DNA from: an uncultured Planctomycetota bacterium
GTDB taxonomy: Bacteria > Planctomycetota > Planctomycetia > Isosphaerales > Isosphaeraceae
Reading direction: 5' to 3'
Assembly (NCBI GenBank): GCA_963845755.1
Contig: CAWJTV010000033.1
Coordinates: 480,001-544,000, forward strand
Length of the DNA stretch: 64,000 bases
This document shows positions 1 through 8,698 of the stretch, piece after piece. The first letter of the stretch is position 1, and each line of letters opens with the position of its first letter. The translations under genes were made by a program, and so were the position numbers. Under the pieces are notes generated by a model, which did not search any database, was not told the DNA's origin, and saw nothing but the letters and a program-made list of their open reading frames with translations.

Positions 1-81
1 GATTTTCATGTACGGATGATGCCCGTACTTGTGTAGAAGAGCGAGGGCATCGCCCCGGGATCGTATCGACCACACCATGCC

Positions 82-144
82 GAGCCCTGAAAGGGCGACA
101 CAAGCATGGTCATTGCACTCACCCGTGTCGCCCTTTCAGGGCTC
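82..144. repeat. REP-like palindromic pair (GAGCCCTGAAAGGGCGACAC / GTGTCGCCCTTTCAGGGCTC)
   Basis: 20-bp perfect inverted repeat at 82-101 and 125-144, intergenic; GC-rich CCCCGGG hairpin elements nearby (51-59, 167-188). Confidence 0.75.
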
Positions 145-329
145 TTCCTGGAAGGTAGGTCTCGGTCCCCGGGGCGATGCCCCGGGCTGGTTTGTTGCGG
201 CCCCTTCGGGGCATGGAGAAGCGGGCTCTCGACCGTCACTCTCCGTCTCGCGTAGGCCGGTTTCGTGGCGAGCAAAAACAAGACGATCTGAAATGTTTAT
301 AGACTCGCCACTTGCCACCAGGAGGAGAA

Positions 330-1481
330 ATGGACTTCGCCTTCTCAGAATCTCAGCAACATTGGCACGATGCGGCGATCCAATTTGCCCGAGAAGAACT
401 CACCGAGCCGGAGGCCGCCTCACGAGACAGCCGCGCCGAGTTCTGGCGAGAGGGCTATGACCGCTGCGCGCGATTCGGCTTCCCGGGACTGCCCGTCCCG
501 GCGGAGTTCGGCGGTCAGGGTCAGGATCTGCCCACGACCGTGGCCGCCATGGAGGGCCTGGGCTACGGGTGTCCGGACTCCGGCCTGATCTTCGCGATGA
601 ACGCCGCACTGTGGACGGTCACGATGCCCCTCGTGGTGTTCGGCAGCGAGGCGCAGAAGCATCGCCATCTGCCGGGCCTGTGCGACGGCCGTCTGCTCGG
701 GGCCAACGGCGCCAGCGAGCCCGAGGCGGGATCGGATATCTTCGGCATGCAGACGCGTGCGGAGCGTCGTGGCGATCGCTGGATCTTGAATGGGCATAAG
801 ACCTGGATCACCGCCGGCCCGATCGCCGACCTGTTCCTCTGTTTCGCCTCCACCGACCCGTCCAAGGGGATCCTGGGGATCTCCGCATTCCTGGTCGAGC
901 GCGACGCACCGGGATTCCGCGTGGTCCGGGAGATCCCCAAGCTGGGGATGCGAACCGTCCCCATGGGGGAGATTGCGTTCGAGGATTGCGTCTTGCCCCC
1001 GGACAGCCTGCTGGGGCGGGAAGGCCGCGGTGCGACGATCTTCAATGCCGGCCTGGAGCTCGAACGCGGCGCGATCCTGGCCGCGGCCCTGGGTACGATG
1101 CGCCGACAGGTCGAACGTTGCATCGAGCACGCCCGCACGAGGAAGCAGTTCGGCCAGCCGATCGGCAAGTTCCAGTCGGTGTCGAATCGGATCGTCGACA
1201 TGACCCTCAGGCTGGAGACCAGCCGGCTGCTCGTCTACCGGTTCGCCTGGTTGAAATCCCGCGGCCTTCAGGCCACCACGGCCGCATCGATGGCCAAGCT
1301 CCATGTCTCGGAATCGTTCGTGCAGAACAGCCTCGACGCCGTACGCATCTTCGGCGCCTCGGGATATGCCGAGGAGACTGGACTCGAGCGCGACCTCCGC
1401 GACAGCGTCGGCGGCGTGATCTTTTCGGGCACGAATGATATCCAGCGCAACATCATCGCCCAGCAGCTCCGCCTCGGCTGA
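330..1481 (+). CDS. acyl-CoA dehydrogenase family protein
   Basis: SD GGAGGAG before ATG330; motifs SEPEAGSD, LNGHKTWIT, KLGMR, RKQFGQPIGKFQ, IFSGTNDIQRNIIA. Confidence 0.93.
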   Translation: MDFAFSESQQHWHDAAIQFAREELTEPEAASRDSRAEFWREGYDRCARFGFPGLPVPAEFGGQGQDLPTTVAAMEGLGYGCPDSGLIFAMNAALWTVTMPLVVFGSEAQKHRHLPGLCDGRLLGANGASEPEAGSDIFGMQTRAERRGDRWILNGHKTWITAGPIADLFLCFASTDPSKGILGISAFLVERDAPGFRVVREIPKLGMRTVPMGEIAFEDCVLPPDSLLGREGRGATIFNAGLELERGAILAAALGTMRRQVERCIEHARTRKQFGQPIGKFQSVSNRIVDMTLRLETSRLLVYRFAWLKSRGLQATTAASMAKLHVSESFVQNSLDAVRIFGASGYAEETGLERDLRDSVGGVIFSGTNDIQRNIIAQQLRLG

Positions 1482-1560
1482 GTGGATGGGAACGAATCGG
1501 GCAGAAGATCCCGAATTCAAGATTCAACTAATATAGTAAAATATATATTTATAAGTAATA

Positions 1561-1860
1561 ACTCGTTCCCACGCTCTGCGTGGGAATGCCGTCTTCGACG
1601 CCCCGCGTCGTCGCCGAAGGAAATCCTCCGAGAATCCTCGAGGCCGACGCGATGATGAGCCGGAAGTTGAGCGACATCCCCGCCAACCCGGTGGAACGGG
1701 CTCCGTTTGCGATCCGACCCCTGGGAGATCCTCCTGCGCCGGAACTCTGCCGAGAGGGGGTCATGGGTCTCGGTGACAAACGACGGGTCATTCGGAATCG
1801 AGGACGAAGACGACGCGGAGCGTCGAAGACGGCATTCCCACGCGGAACGTAGGAGCGAGT
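1561..1860. mobile_element. MITE/REPIN-like element with ~52-bp terminal inverted REP repeats and a degenerate RAYT transposase fragment
   Basis: ACTCGTTCCCACGCTCTGCGTGGGAATGCCGTCTTCGACGCCCCGCGTCGTC (1561-1612) and its imperfect reverse complement (1809-1860); interior translates EGNPPRILEADAMMSRKLSDIPANPVER. Confidence 0.7.
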
Positions 1861-2074
1861 GATTGGCATTTAGATTTATTGTAAATTTTGAATCTTCCAC
1901 TCTGAATCGATTTTTTCGCGGTCTCCGAGTGGAAAGTCGCGCGGCTCTTTCGACCGGGGTCCGATCGCGGTAACATCGGTTGCCCATGAGGTGAGCCCGT
2001 AGGACTCCGATTCGACGATCGCCCGACCGCCCGCGCGGCCGGCCGGGCGTTCTCTGGCCGCGCCCTTGTGATCC

Positions 2075-3190
2075 ATGATGACCGTCAACGATCTCGATCG
2101 CCCCGAGCGTCCGTTCGACCGCGTGATGCGGGTCTTCAGGGCCCCGGAATGGGGACAGGTCGCGGCCATCCTGGCCGTCCTCGTTCTCATTCACTTCCTC
2201 GACAAGGACCGCGCGTTCTTCCAGACGTACACGATCCAGACCCTGATCCATAACGTCTCGCGCTTCGGCGTCCTGGCGATCGGTGCGGCCCTGGTGATCA
2301 TCGCCGGGGGAATCGACCTGTCCACGGGCGCCGTCGTCTCATTGGCCTCGGTCGTCAGCGCCAAGCTCTTGACGGAGTGGCTGCGACGGGGAGCGACGGC
2401 CGGGCAGATCCCTTCCGCCGGCCTCATCGCGCTGGCCATCGGCCTCACCCTGTTGATGGGGCTGGCGATCGGCCTGTTGCACGCCTTCATGATCAACCAG
2501 CTCCGGCTTCCGCCGTTCATCGCGACGCTGGCGACGATGGCCGGTCTCCGCAGCCTGGCGACCGTCCTCGCCGAGAGCCGGACGATTACCGTGGACTTCG
2601 CGCCCGGGATCCTGAATCCCGCAACGCGGATCGCGGAGCGCGGCATCGATTGGTTTCGAATCTGGGGAAGTCACTTCTGGGTGACGCTCTCGATCTTCGC
2701 CGCGGTGACCGTGCTCCTGAGCATCCTCATGGGTTCGACGGTCCTGGGGCGTCACCTCTACGCCCTGGGGGGCAACGAGGCGGCGGCGCGGCTCAGCGGC
2801 CTGCGGACCACGCGGCTGAAGGCGGTCGCCTATGGGTTGTCCGGCACGCTGTCGGCCCTGGGCGGGATCCTGTTCGCGGGCATGAACGGGCAGGGCGACC
2901 CCCGTCTCGGCGTCAGCTATGAGCTCACGGCGATCACGGCCGCCGTCGTGGGGGGTTGCAGCCTCTCGGGGGGCGTTGGCTCGATCCGAGGCGCGGTGCT
3001 CGGGTTGTTGCTCACCCAGATCGTGATCAAGGGGACGGGGATCGTGGTGAAGGGGATCGACCCCACCCAGATCGAGGGCCTCGTCCTGGGCACGGTCGTT
3101 GTCGTGGCGGTCTCGTTCAATCAGGGGACCTTCCGCCGGATCCTCCAGCTTGTGCTCAAGGGCCTCCGAACCGGGAAACGATTCGGTTGA
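2075..3190 (+). CDS. sugar ABC transporter permease (RbsC/BPD_transp_2 family)
   Basis: GGIDLS, PPFIATL, GRHLYALGGNEAAARLSG, YELTAITAAVVGGCSLSGGVG; multiple TM segments. Confidence 0.92.
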   Translation: MMTVNDLDRPERPFDRVMRVFRAPEWGQVAAILAVLVLIHFLDKDRAFFQTYTIQTLIHNVSRFGVLAIGAALVIIAGGIDLSTGAVVSLASVVSAKLLTEWLRRGATAGQIPSAGLIALAIGLTLLMGLAIGLLHAFMINQLRLPPFIATLATMAGLRSLATVLAESRTITVDFAPGILNPATRIAERGIDWFRIWGSHFWVTLSIFAAVTVLLSILMGSTVLGRHLYALGGNEAAARLSGLRTTRLKAVAYGLSGTLSALGGILFAGMNGQGDPRLGVSYELTAITAAVVGGCSLSGGVGSIRGAVLGLLLTQIVIKGTGIVVKGIDPTQIEGLVLGTVVVVAVSFNQGTFRRILQLVLKGLRTGKRFG

Positions 3191-3270
3191 TTGGCATCGT
3201 GGGCGGGGACAGGACGAGTCGGCTCTCGCCCTGCGGATGCCCGTCCTTGTGACGTTTTCTTCGAGCGAAC

Positions 3271-4316
3271 GTGGCATCGGAACCGACGAAAACCGACATT
3301 CCCTCCCTCTGGCGGCGGCGGGCGATCCGGAGGATCCTCTTCGGATTGGCCGCGATCCAGGTGGTGACCCTCTACGGAATCCTGGGATATGTGGTGATCG
3401 GCTGGAACGTCTTCGATGCCTTCTATCAGGTCGTGATCCTCATCTCGGGCGTGGGATTGGGGGAAGTTGAGCCTCTGGACTCGACACTCGAGCGAATTCA
3501 TACGATCATCTTGATCGGTATGGGGATCAGCTCGGTCGCCTTCACTCTGGCCTCCCTGATCCAGTACATCGCCGAGAGCGATCTGGTCACTCATTTCGGT
3601 CGTCATCGCATGAAGAAACAGATCGAGATGCTCTCCGGCCACACGATCGTCGCGGGCTATGGCCGTGTGGGGGCCCTTGTCTGCACGGAGCTCGCCGCCG
3701 CCGAACAGCCTTTTGTGGTCGTCGAACTCGAACCGGGGACTGTCGAGGAGATCGAGTCGCATGGATTCTACTGCGTGACCGGTGATGCGACCGAGGAGAA
3801 GGTCTTGAACGAAGCGGGCATCGCGCGGGCCCGGGTCCTGATCAGCGCGATGCCTAACGATGCCGAGAACGTCTTCATCACCCTGACGGGTCGTCAGATC
3901 TGCCCAAACCTGCTGATCATCGCGCGGGCCGAGCAGCCCAGTACTGTGAAGAAGTTGAAGCATGCCGGGGCGAATCACGTCGTGATGCCCGCCGCGATCG
4001 GGCGCACCGGATCGTCTCCCTGGTGACCAACCCGGCCGCGGTCCAGTTCGCCGAGCTGGTCACTCAGCGCACCAGCCTGGCCATCGAGATGGACGAGATA
4101 CCGATCGAGGAAGGGTGCCTGCTCGCGGGCCGCAGCCTCCGCGACGCCGACATCAAGCGGCGCACCGGCGTGATCGTCGTGGCGATCAAGCGGGCCGACG
4201 GCCGGCTCGAATTCCCCCCGTCCGGAGACGAGATCCTGGAGGCCGGCGATAGCGTCGTCGTCCTGGGCCGCCGCGATAAGCTCGATCAGTTCCGGCAACA
4301 CTGCCTCAAGGCGTAG
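3271..4316 (+). CDS. potassium channel family protein (2TM pore + RCK_N/RCK_C), frameshift near 4000
   Basis: pore helix FYQVVILISGVGLGEV, Rossmann GYGRVG, GDATEE, LKHAGA; TrkA-C domain continues in ORF 4023-4316. Confidence 0.88.
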
Positions 4317-4371
4317 TCCGAAACCGCGATCCGATCCGGCAACCGACCGGTTGACAGCCCAAACGCGAGGA

Positions 4372-4776
4372 TCAGCGCTTGGAGAACTGGAAGCTCTTGC
4401 GGGCCTTCTTGTGGCCGAACTTCTTGCGTTCGACCATGCGCGAGTCGCGAGTCAAGAACCCGCCGTCGCGGAGCGCGGAATCGAGGTCGGGGCGGAACTC
4501 CTTGAGCGCCCGGGCCAGGCCCAGCATTACGGCGCCGGACTGGCTGAGTTTGCCGCTACCTCGAACGTTCACGAAGACGTCGATGCGACTGGCCATGTCG
4601 GTCGAGGTGAGCGGGGCACGGACGTCCATCCGCTGGACTTCCAGCGGGAAATACACGGTCATCTCCAGGCCGTTGACGAGGAACTGGCCGGTCCCCTCGC
4701 GGATTCGGACTCGAGCGACGGCCGTCTTGCGCCGTCCCGTTCCCCAGGTATGTGGATCTTTTGCAGTTGCCGTCAT
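4372..4776 (-). CDS. rpsI: 30S ribosomal protein S9
   Basis: GTGRRKTAVARV, LTRDSRMVERKK, C-terminal QFSKR; follows rplM. Confidence 0.97.
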   Translation of the reverse strand: MTATAKDPHTWGTGRRKTAVARVRIREGTGQFLVNGLEMTVYFPLEVQRMDVRAPLTSTDMASRIDVFVNVRGSGKLSQSGAVMLGLARALKEFRPDLDSALRDGGFLTRDSRMVERKKFGHKKARKSFQFSKR

Positions 4777-4934
4777 GACCGCGTCTTTCCCTCGCTGATC
4801 GCACCCTCCCCTGCGGGCCGCCGCAAGGTCGGGTTGGAGTCAACTCGATCTGGATTGTGGAAGTCGTCGTGCGGTTGCGTGCGTCGGGCCAGCCGGCCTC
4901 GGCCGGCCAGCTCAAGTCGATGGTCGATCGGACA

Positions 4935-5604
4935 TCAGGATGCGCCGGCCTCCGGCTCGGCGCCGACCGTGGGCGGGGCCGGCAAGGACGGTTCGGCGGG
5001 CGGCGAGGGCAAGGCCCCCTCACGCGGCGGAGCTTCGAGCGCCGGCTCGGTGCGAGCCTCCATCGTGCTCACCGGGGGCACCGCACGCTTCGGCTCGGCT
5101 TTCGCGCGCCCTCCGTTCTCCGTCGGGGCCGGCGTCGTCACAAAAATGGCACCGGCGGGAGCCGGACGGCCGGAGATCGGCTCCAGCAAGACCGGCTGCT
5201 GGGCTTGATGCGGATGATCGGGCCCCACGTAAAGCATCAACTTGGCGAGCATGTGCCGGCCGATCTTGTTCTTCGGCATCATTCGCTGTATCGCCAGCTC
5301 CAGGATCCGCTCGGGCCGACGCTGGAACAATTTCCAGGCCGCCTCTTCCCGCTGCCCGCCCGGATAACCCGAGTACCGCTGATACGACTTCTGCCGCCAC
5401 TTCTGGCCGGTGAACACAACTTTATCGACATTGGTGACGATCACGTAGTCGCCGGTATCGATGTGGGGAGTATAAGTGGGTCGGTGTTTCCCCATCAAAA
5501 TCGGCGCGATCTGTGCAGCCAGCCGTCCGACGACCATCCCCTCGGCGTCGAACGACGTACCACTGCTTCGCCAATTGTCCGGCTTTGGCTTGATAACACT
5601 TCAT
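4935..5604 (-). CDS. rplM: 50S ribosomal protein L13 with C-terminal extension (frameshift near 5550)
   Basis: MKCYQAK..KQWYVV then GRLAAQIA.ILMGKHRPTYTPHIDTGDYVIVTN, YSGYPGG, HPHQAQQP. Confidence 0.95.
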
Positions 5605-5802
5605 GGAGCAATTTGCCTGGCTGTCAAAGTCAACAACATCCCCTCAGTCGCCGCTGGGACGAAAAATTCGATCGTACCAGGAACCGCGCCCAAGTCAAGA
5701 TCGTTTCCATGAGCCAGCCCAATTGCCCGACTGTGACACAGGTTCCGTCCGCGGTCTTGATCGCGCCATGGGCGTTTCCGCCGGGGTTCGGGGGCGGAAT
5801 CC

Positions 5803-6204
5803 CTAAGGACCCGTCTCCGCGAAACCCTGATAAACCGCCTCTCCGCCCGGCAGCTCGACCAGGATGCTCTTCCTCCAATCCGGCTCCAACTCCACCAGGA
5901 ACGCCCACTTCGAGCAGCGCTCGCAAGTGCCCAGAAGGCGGGAGGGGTCGTTCTCATCCGGCTGGAGCAGGTTGAGGGGAATCTGGCAGTCCGGACAACA
6001 GAGCAACGTCGTGCCGGGGCTCACGGTGATCGTGCGAACGACGAATCCGATCGTCGCAGACGTTGGCCCTTTCGGGGCGGGCCTGGAGGATGCCAAGGCG
6101 ATCTCCTGCAGACTGGAGGCGTGCAAAGACGGCGGTAGGCTCTCTTGGCCTGGGGTTAGGAGGGCTGCATGATTCTCCACCGTCATCGATTCAAGGTCTC
6201 GCAA
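5803..6204 (-). CDS. hypothetical small zinc-ribbon protein
   Basis: CPDC-x20-CERC in LCCPDCQIPLNLLQPDENDPSRLLGTCERC; start uncertain. Confidence 0.55.
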   Translation of the reverse strand: MRDLESMTVENHAALLTPGQESLPPSLHASSLQEIALASSRPAPKGPTSATIGFVVRTITVSPGTTLLCCPDCQIPLNLLQPDENDPSRLLGTCERCSKWAFLVELEPDWRKSILVELPGGEAVYQGFAETGP

Positions 6205-6525
6205 TCATAAGCTTCTTGACCAGTAAGGCAAGGCATTTTCCCAAAAACGGATATTGAATCGCGAACGGGACCTCGGCTATCGCCCGGATCCTGTCGCTCC
6301 GGAGAAGCAAGAACAGCGCGAATCAATAGGATGGAGAAGGTGAAGAAAGTTCAAGCAGCGTAGAGATCTAGGGCGACCGTCCGCGGATTCTGATCTTCAC
6401 AGAATGGATCGGTGACGTCACAATCGGCGGCCTTTCGGAATCGGGAAGGATCAATCGTCCGTAGTCGAGGGAATGACGTCGGGCTCGATCGGATGAGTCA
6501 TCGGCTCGCAGGGAGGGGATCGACC

Positions 6526-7533
6526 GTGAAAAATTGCAAACATGTCTTTGCCTTGTTTTTATTGGGGTACGGCCTGGTGAATTCCGGAGGGGTGGTCAGC
6601 GGCCAGACCGTGGAGCGGGACACGACCATCACCGGACCGCGTGGCCGAACGATTCAGCGGCAGGTCGAAGTCCAGCGGGGCCCGGGGACGATCGACCGCT
6701 CCATCCAGATCAAGCGTCCCGGCGGGACCTTTGATCGACAGGTCCAGATCCAGCGCTCGCCGGTGATGAGGCGTGGATTCGTCCCCGGCCCATGGCCGCG
6801 ACCCCCGTGGCTCGGCCCTCGGCCCCTGGTGATCGCGCAGCCGTCCCCGGCCCTCGGTTTTGGACTGTTGGCCGCCCCGATGATGAACTTCTCATTCGGA
6901 GGCGGAGGTGGTGGCTTTGGTGCCGGAGGTGGAATGGGCGGCATGGGCGGCCCGGGTGGCATAGGCGGCATGGGTGGCATGGGTGGACAGCCGGGGCCTA
7001 TGGCGCCACCGCCCGATCAGGTGGCCCTGATGTGCCACAGACTCCAGGGATTCGGGGTCGGCAGCCGCAAGGAAGCCGCCTACACGCTCGGGCAACTGGG
7101 GGATCCACGCGCCGTGCCCTCGCTCGTCCATGTACTGAAATATGACAATTTCAAGGACGTCCGGGTCGCCTCGGCGATCGCGCTGGGCGAGATCGGCGGC
7201 TCCGAGGCCGCGGTGGCCCTCGAGCGTGCCGCCGTCTACGACCATCGCGAGGACGTGAAGAAGGCGGCTTCGACGGCCCTCGAGCGGTTGAACGCCAAGG
7301 CCAAGGCTGCCGCCATGTTGCCGCAGCCCCCCGCGGCTCGGCCACCCGCCGCTCAGCCGACGCTCCCGCCCACCTCGACATATTCACCGTTCCGCGAGGT
7401 ACCCCCATCCAGCGGAGCGACCTCGGAAGCCGGCGATACCGCGCCGGAGTCGTCGCCGCCCGCCCGGGACCTCACGCCACCGCCTCCCCCGACGCCGATC
7501 ACGTCCGGCCCCGGTGCGGGCGGGAATCTCTGA
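6526..7533 (+). CDS. secreted HEAT-repeat protein with Gly- and Pro-rich regions
   Basis: SD GGGAGG before GTG6526, signal-like N-terminus, HEAT repeats RKEAAYTLGQLGDPRAVPSL / VRVASAIALGEIG. Confidence 0.8.
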   Translation: MKNCKHVFALFLLGYGLVNSGGVVSGQTVERDTTITGPRGRTIQRQVEVQRGPGTIDRSIQIKRPGGTFDRQVQIQRSPVMRRGFVPGPWPRPPWLGPRPLVIAQPSPALGFGLLAAPMMNFSFGGGGGGFGAGGGMGGMGGPGGIGGMGGMGGQPGPMAPPPDQVALMCHRLQGFGVGSRKEAAYTLGQLGDPRAVPSLVHVLKYDNFKDVRVASAIALGEIGGSEAAVALERAAVYDHREDVKKAASTALERLNAKAKAAAMLPQPPAARPPAAQPTLPPTSTYSPFREVPPSSGATSEAGDTAPESSPPARDLTPPPPPTPITSGPGAGGNL

Positions 7534-7781
7534 TCGCCCTGGTGTGCCGTTGTCCATTGTCAGGTGCTCGGTGAGCCGTGATCCTTCCCGGCGCGGGATT
7601 CGACGTTCACTCAGCACCCGACTCGACTGCGAGGATGCCATTCCGGCCGAGAGTTATCCTGATTCCGGGCCTGGACCGCGTCCGTGAGTCGTCGAGGCCG
7701 GATATCGGGGGGGTCGTGAAGTCTCGCGCGGGTTACGATCGCCCGACGGATGGCCTGGGTACCGGCCGACCATTCTTCACG

Positions 7782-8681
7782 CTACGACTCATTCGAGCCC
7801 ATCAATTCCTCCCACGTCGAGACACGAAGGATGGCGTGGAGAAGTTGATGGAGGCGGGCCTGATCGGCGATCGCGGCGATCCGGGCTTCGACCTGCTCAT
7901 CAGGAGGGCCGAATTTGTCGCGACCCAGGCCGAGCAATAGTGTGCGATCTTCTTCCACCCCGGCTTCGGCGCGGCCCTTGGCTTCGCCCTTGGAGAAGAT
8001 GTCCTGGTAGATGGAAGACGCCTCGAGCCCGCGGATTCCCAAGACCATCGTCGTGATCTCCTTCGTGAGCCGATAGACATCCTCTTTTGGATGATCCAAT
8101 CCCATTAAGATGAGCGTTGCCGACCACAACGTCGTCTTCAACTCGGGGCCGGCCTCGTCTCGTAATCGCTCCGCCACCGCCTTCAGGACCTCGGGCAACT
8201 GCTCGGACGTCACGTTCGATACCGGCGCCAGGGGCAGGACCGGCAGGCCCGCCTTCAGCAGGCGCTCCGGCGGTTCCCGCCAGACCCGTACGACATCATA
8301 ACAAAACCAGAGGTTCCGGCCATGTCCGGGAAACGTGGTCTCGAAGGTCCCGATCAGTTCGGGGCCGTCGGCCGCGGGGCGGAGCAGCACCAGCACGGTC
8401 CAGACGGGTATTCGGTGGCGGTGACGGACCAGCGTATGATACCAATGGGCCTGCTCCGGATACGCCAGATCGCGTCCGGAGAGGAACTCGGCGTGCAGGA
8501 TCAGCGGTTCCTTGCCCCCAACCCGTATGACCTTATCCGCCTCGGCGGTGACGGTCGCGAGGTTGGAATCGATCACCTGGACATCGCTGGGATCCGGTAC
8601 GGGAATACCGAGGAACTCCAGCCAGGCGGCCGGCTCCAATTGGAACAGCTCCCGCAGGGTCACGTCGTACGGCTTGGGCAT
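7782..8681 (-). CDS. Rpn/YhgA-like PD-(D/E)xK nuclease / putative transposase family protein
   Basis: N-terminal KPYDVTLRELF, AD..HAEF motif, YDVVRVW, LPLAP; C-terminal ESS-like IYQDI..KG..KG and RDKFGP..WEEL tail. Confidence 0.8.
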   Translation of the reverse strand: MPKPYDVTLRELFQLEPAAWLEFLGIPVPDPSDVQVIDSNLATVTAEADKVIRVGGKEPLILHAEFLSGRDLAYPEQAHWYHTLVRHRHRIPVWTVLVLLRPAADGPELIGTFETTFPGHGRNLWFCYDVVRVWREPPERLLKAGLPVLPLAPVSNVTSEQLPEVLKAVAERLRDEAGPELKTTLWSATLILMGLDHPKEDVYRLTKEITTMVLGIRGLEASSIYQDIFSKGEAKGRAEAGVEEDRTLLLGLGRDKFGPPDEQVEARIAAIADQARLHQLLHAILRVSTWEELMGSNES

Positions 8682-8698
8682 GGATTCTCACCTTGCGG

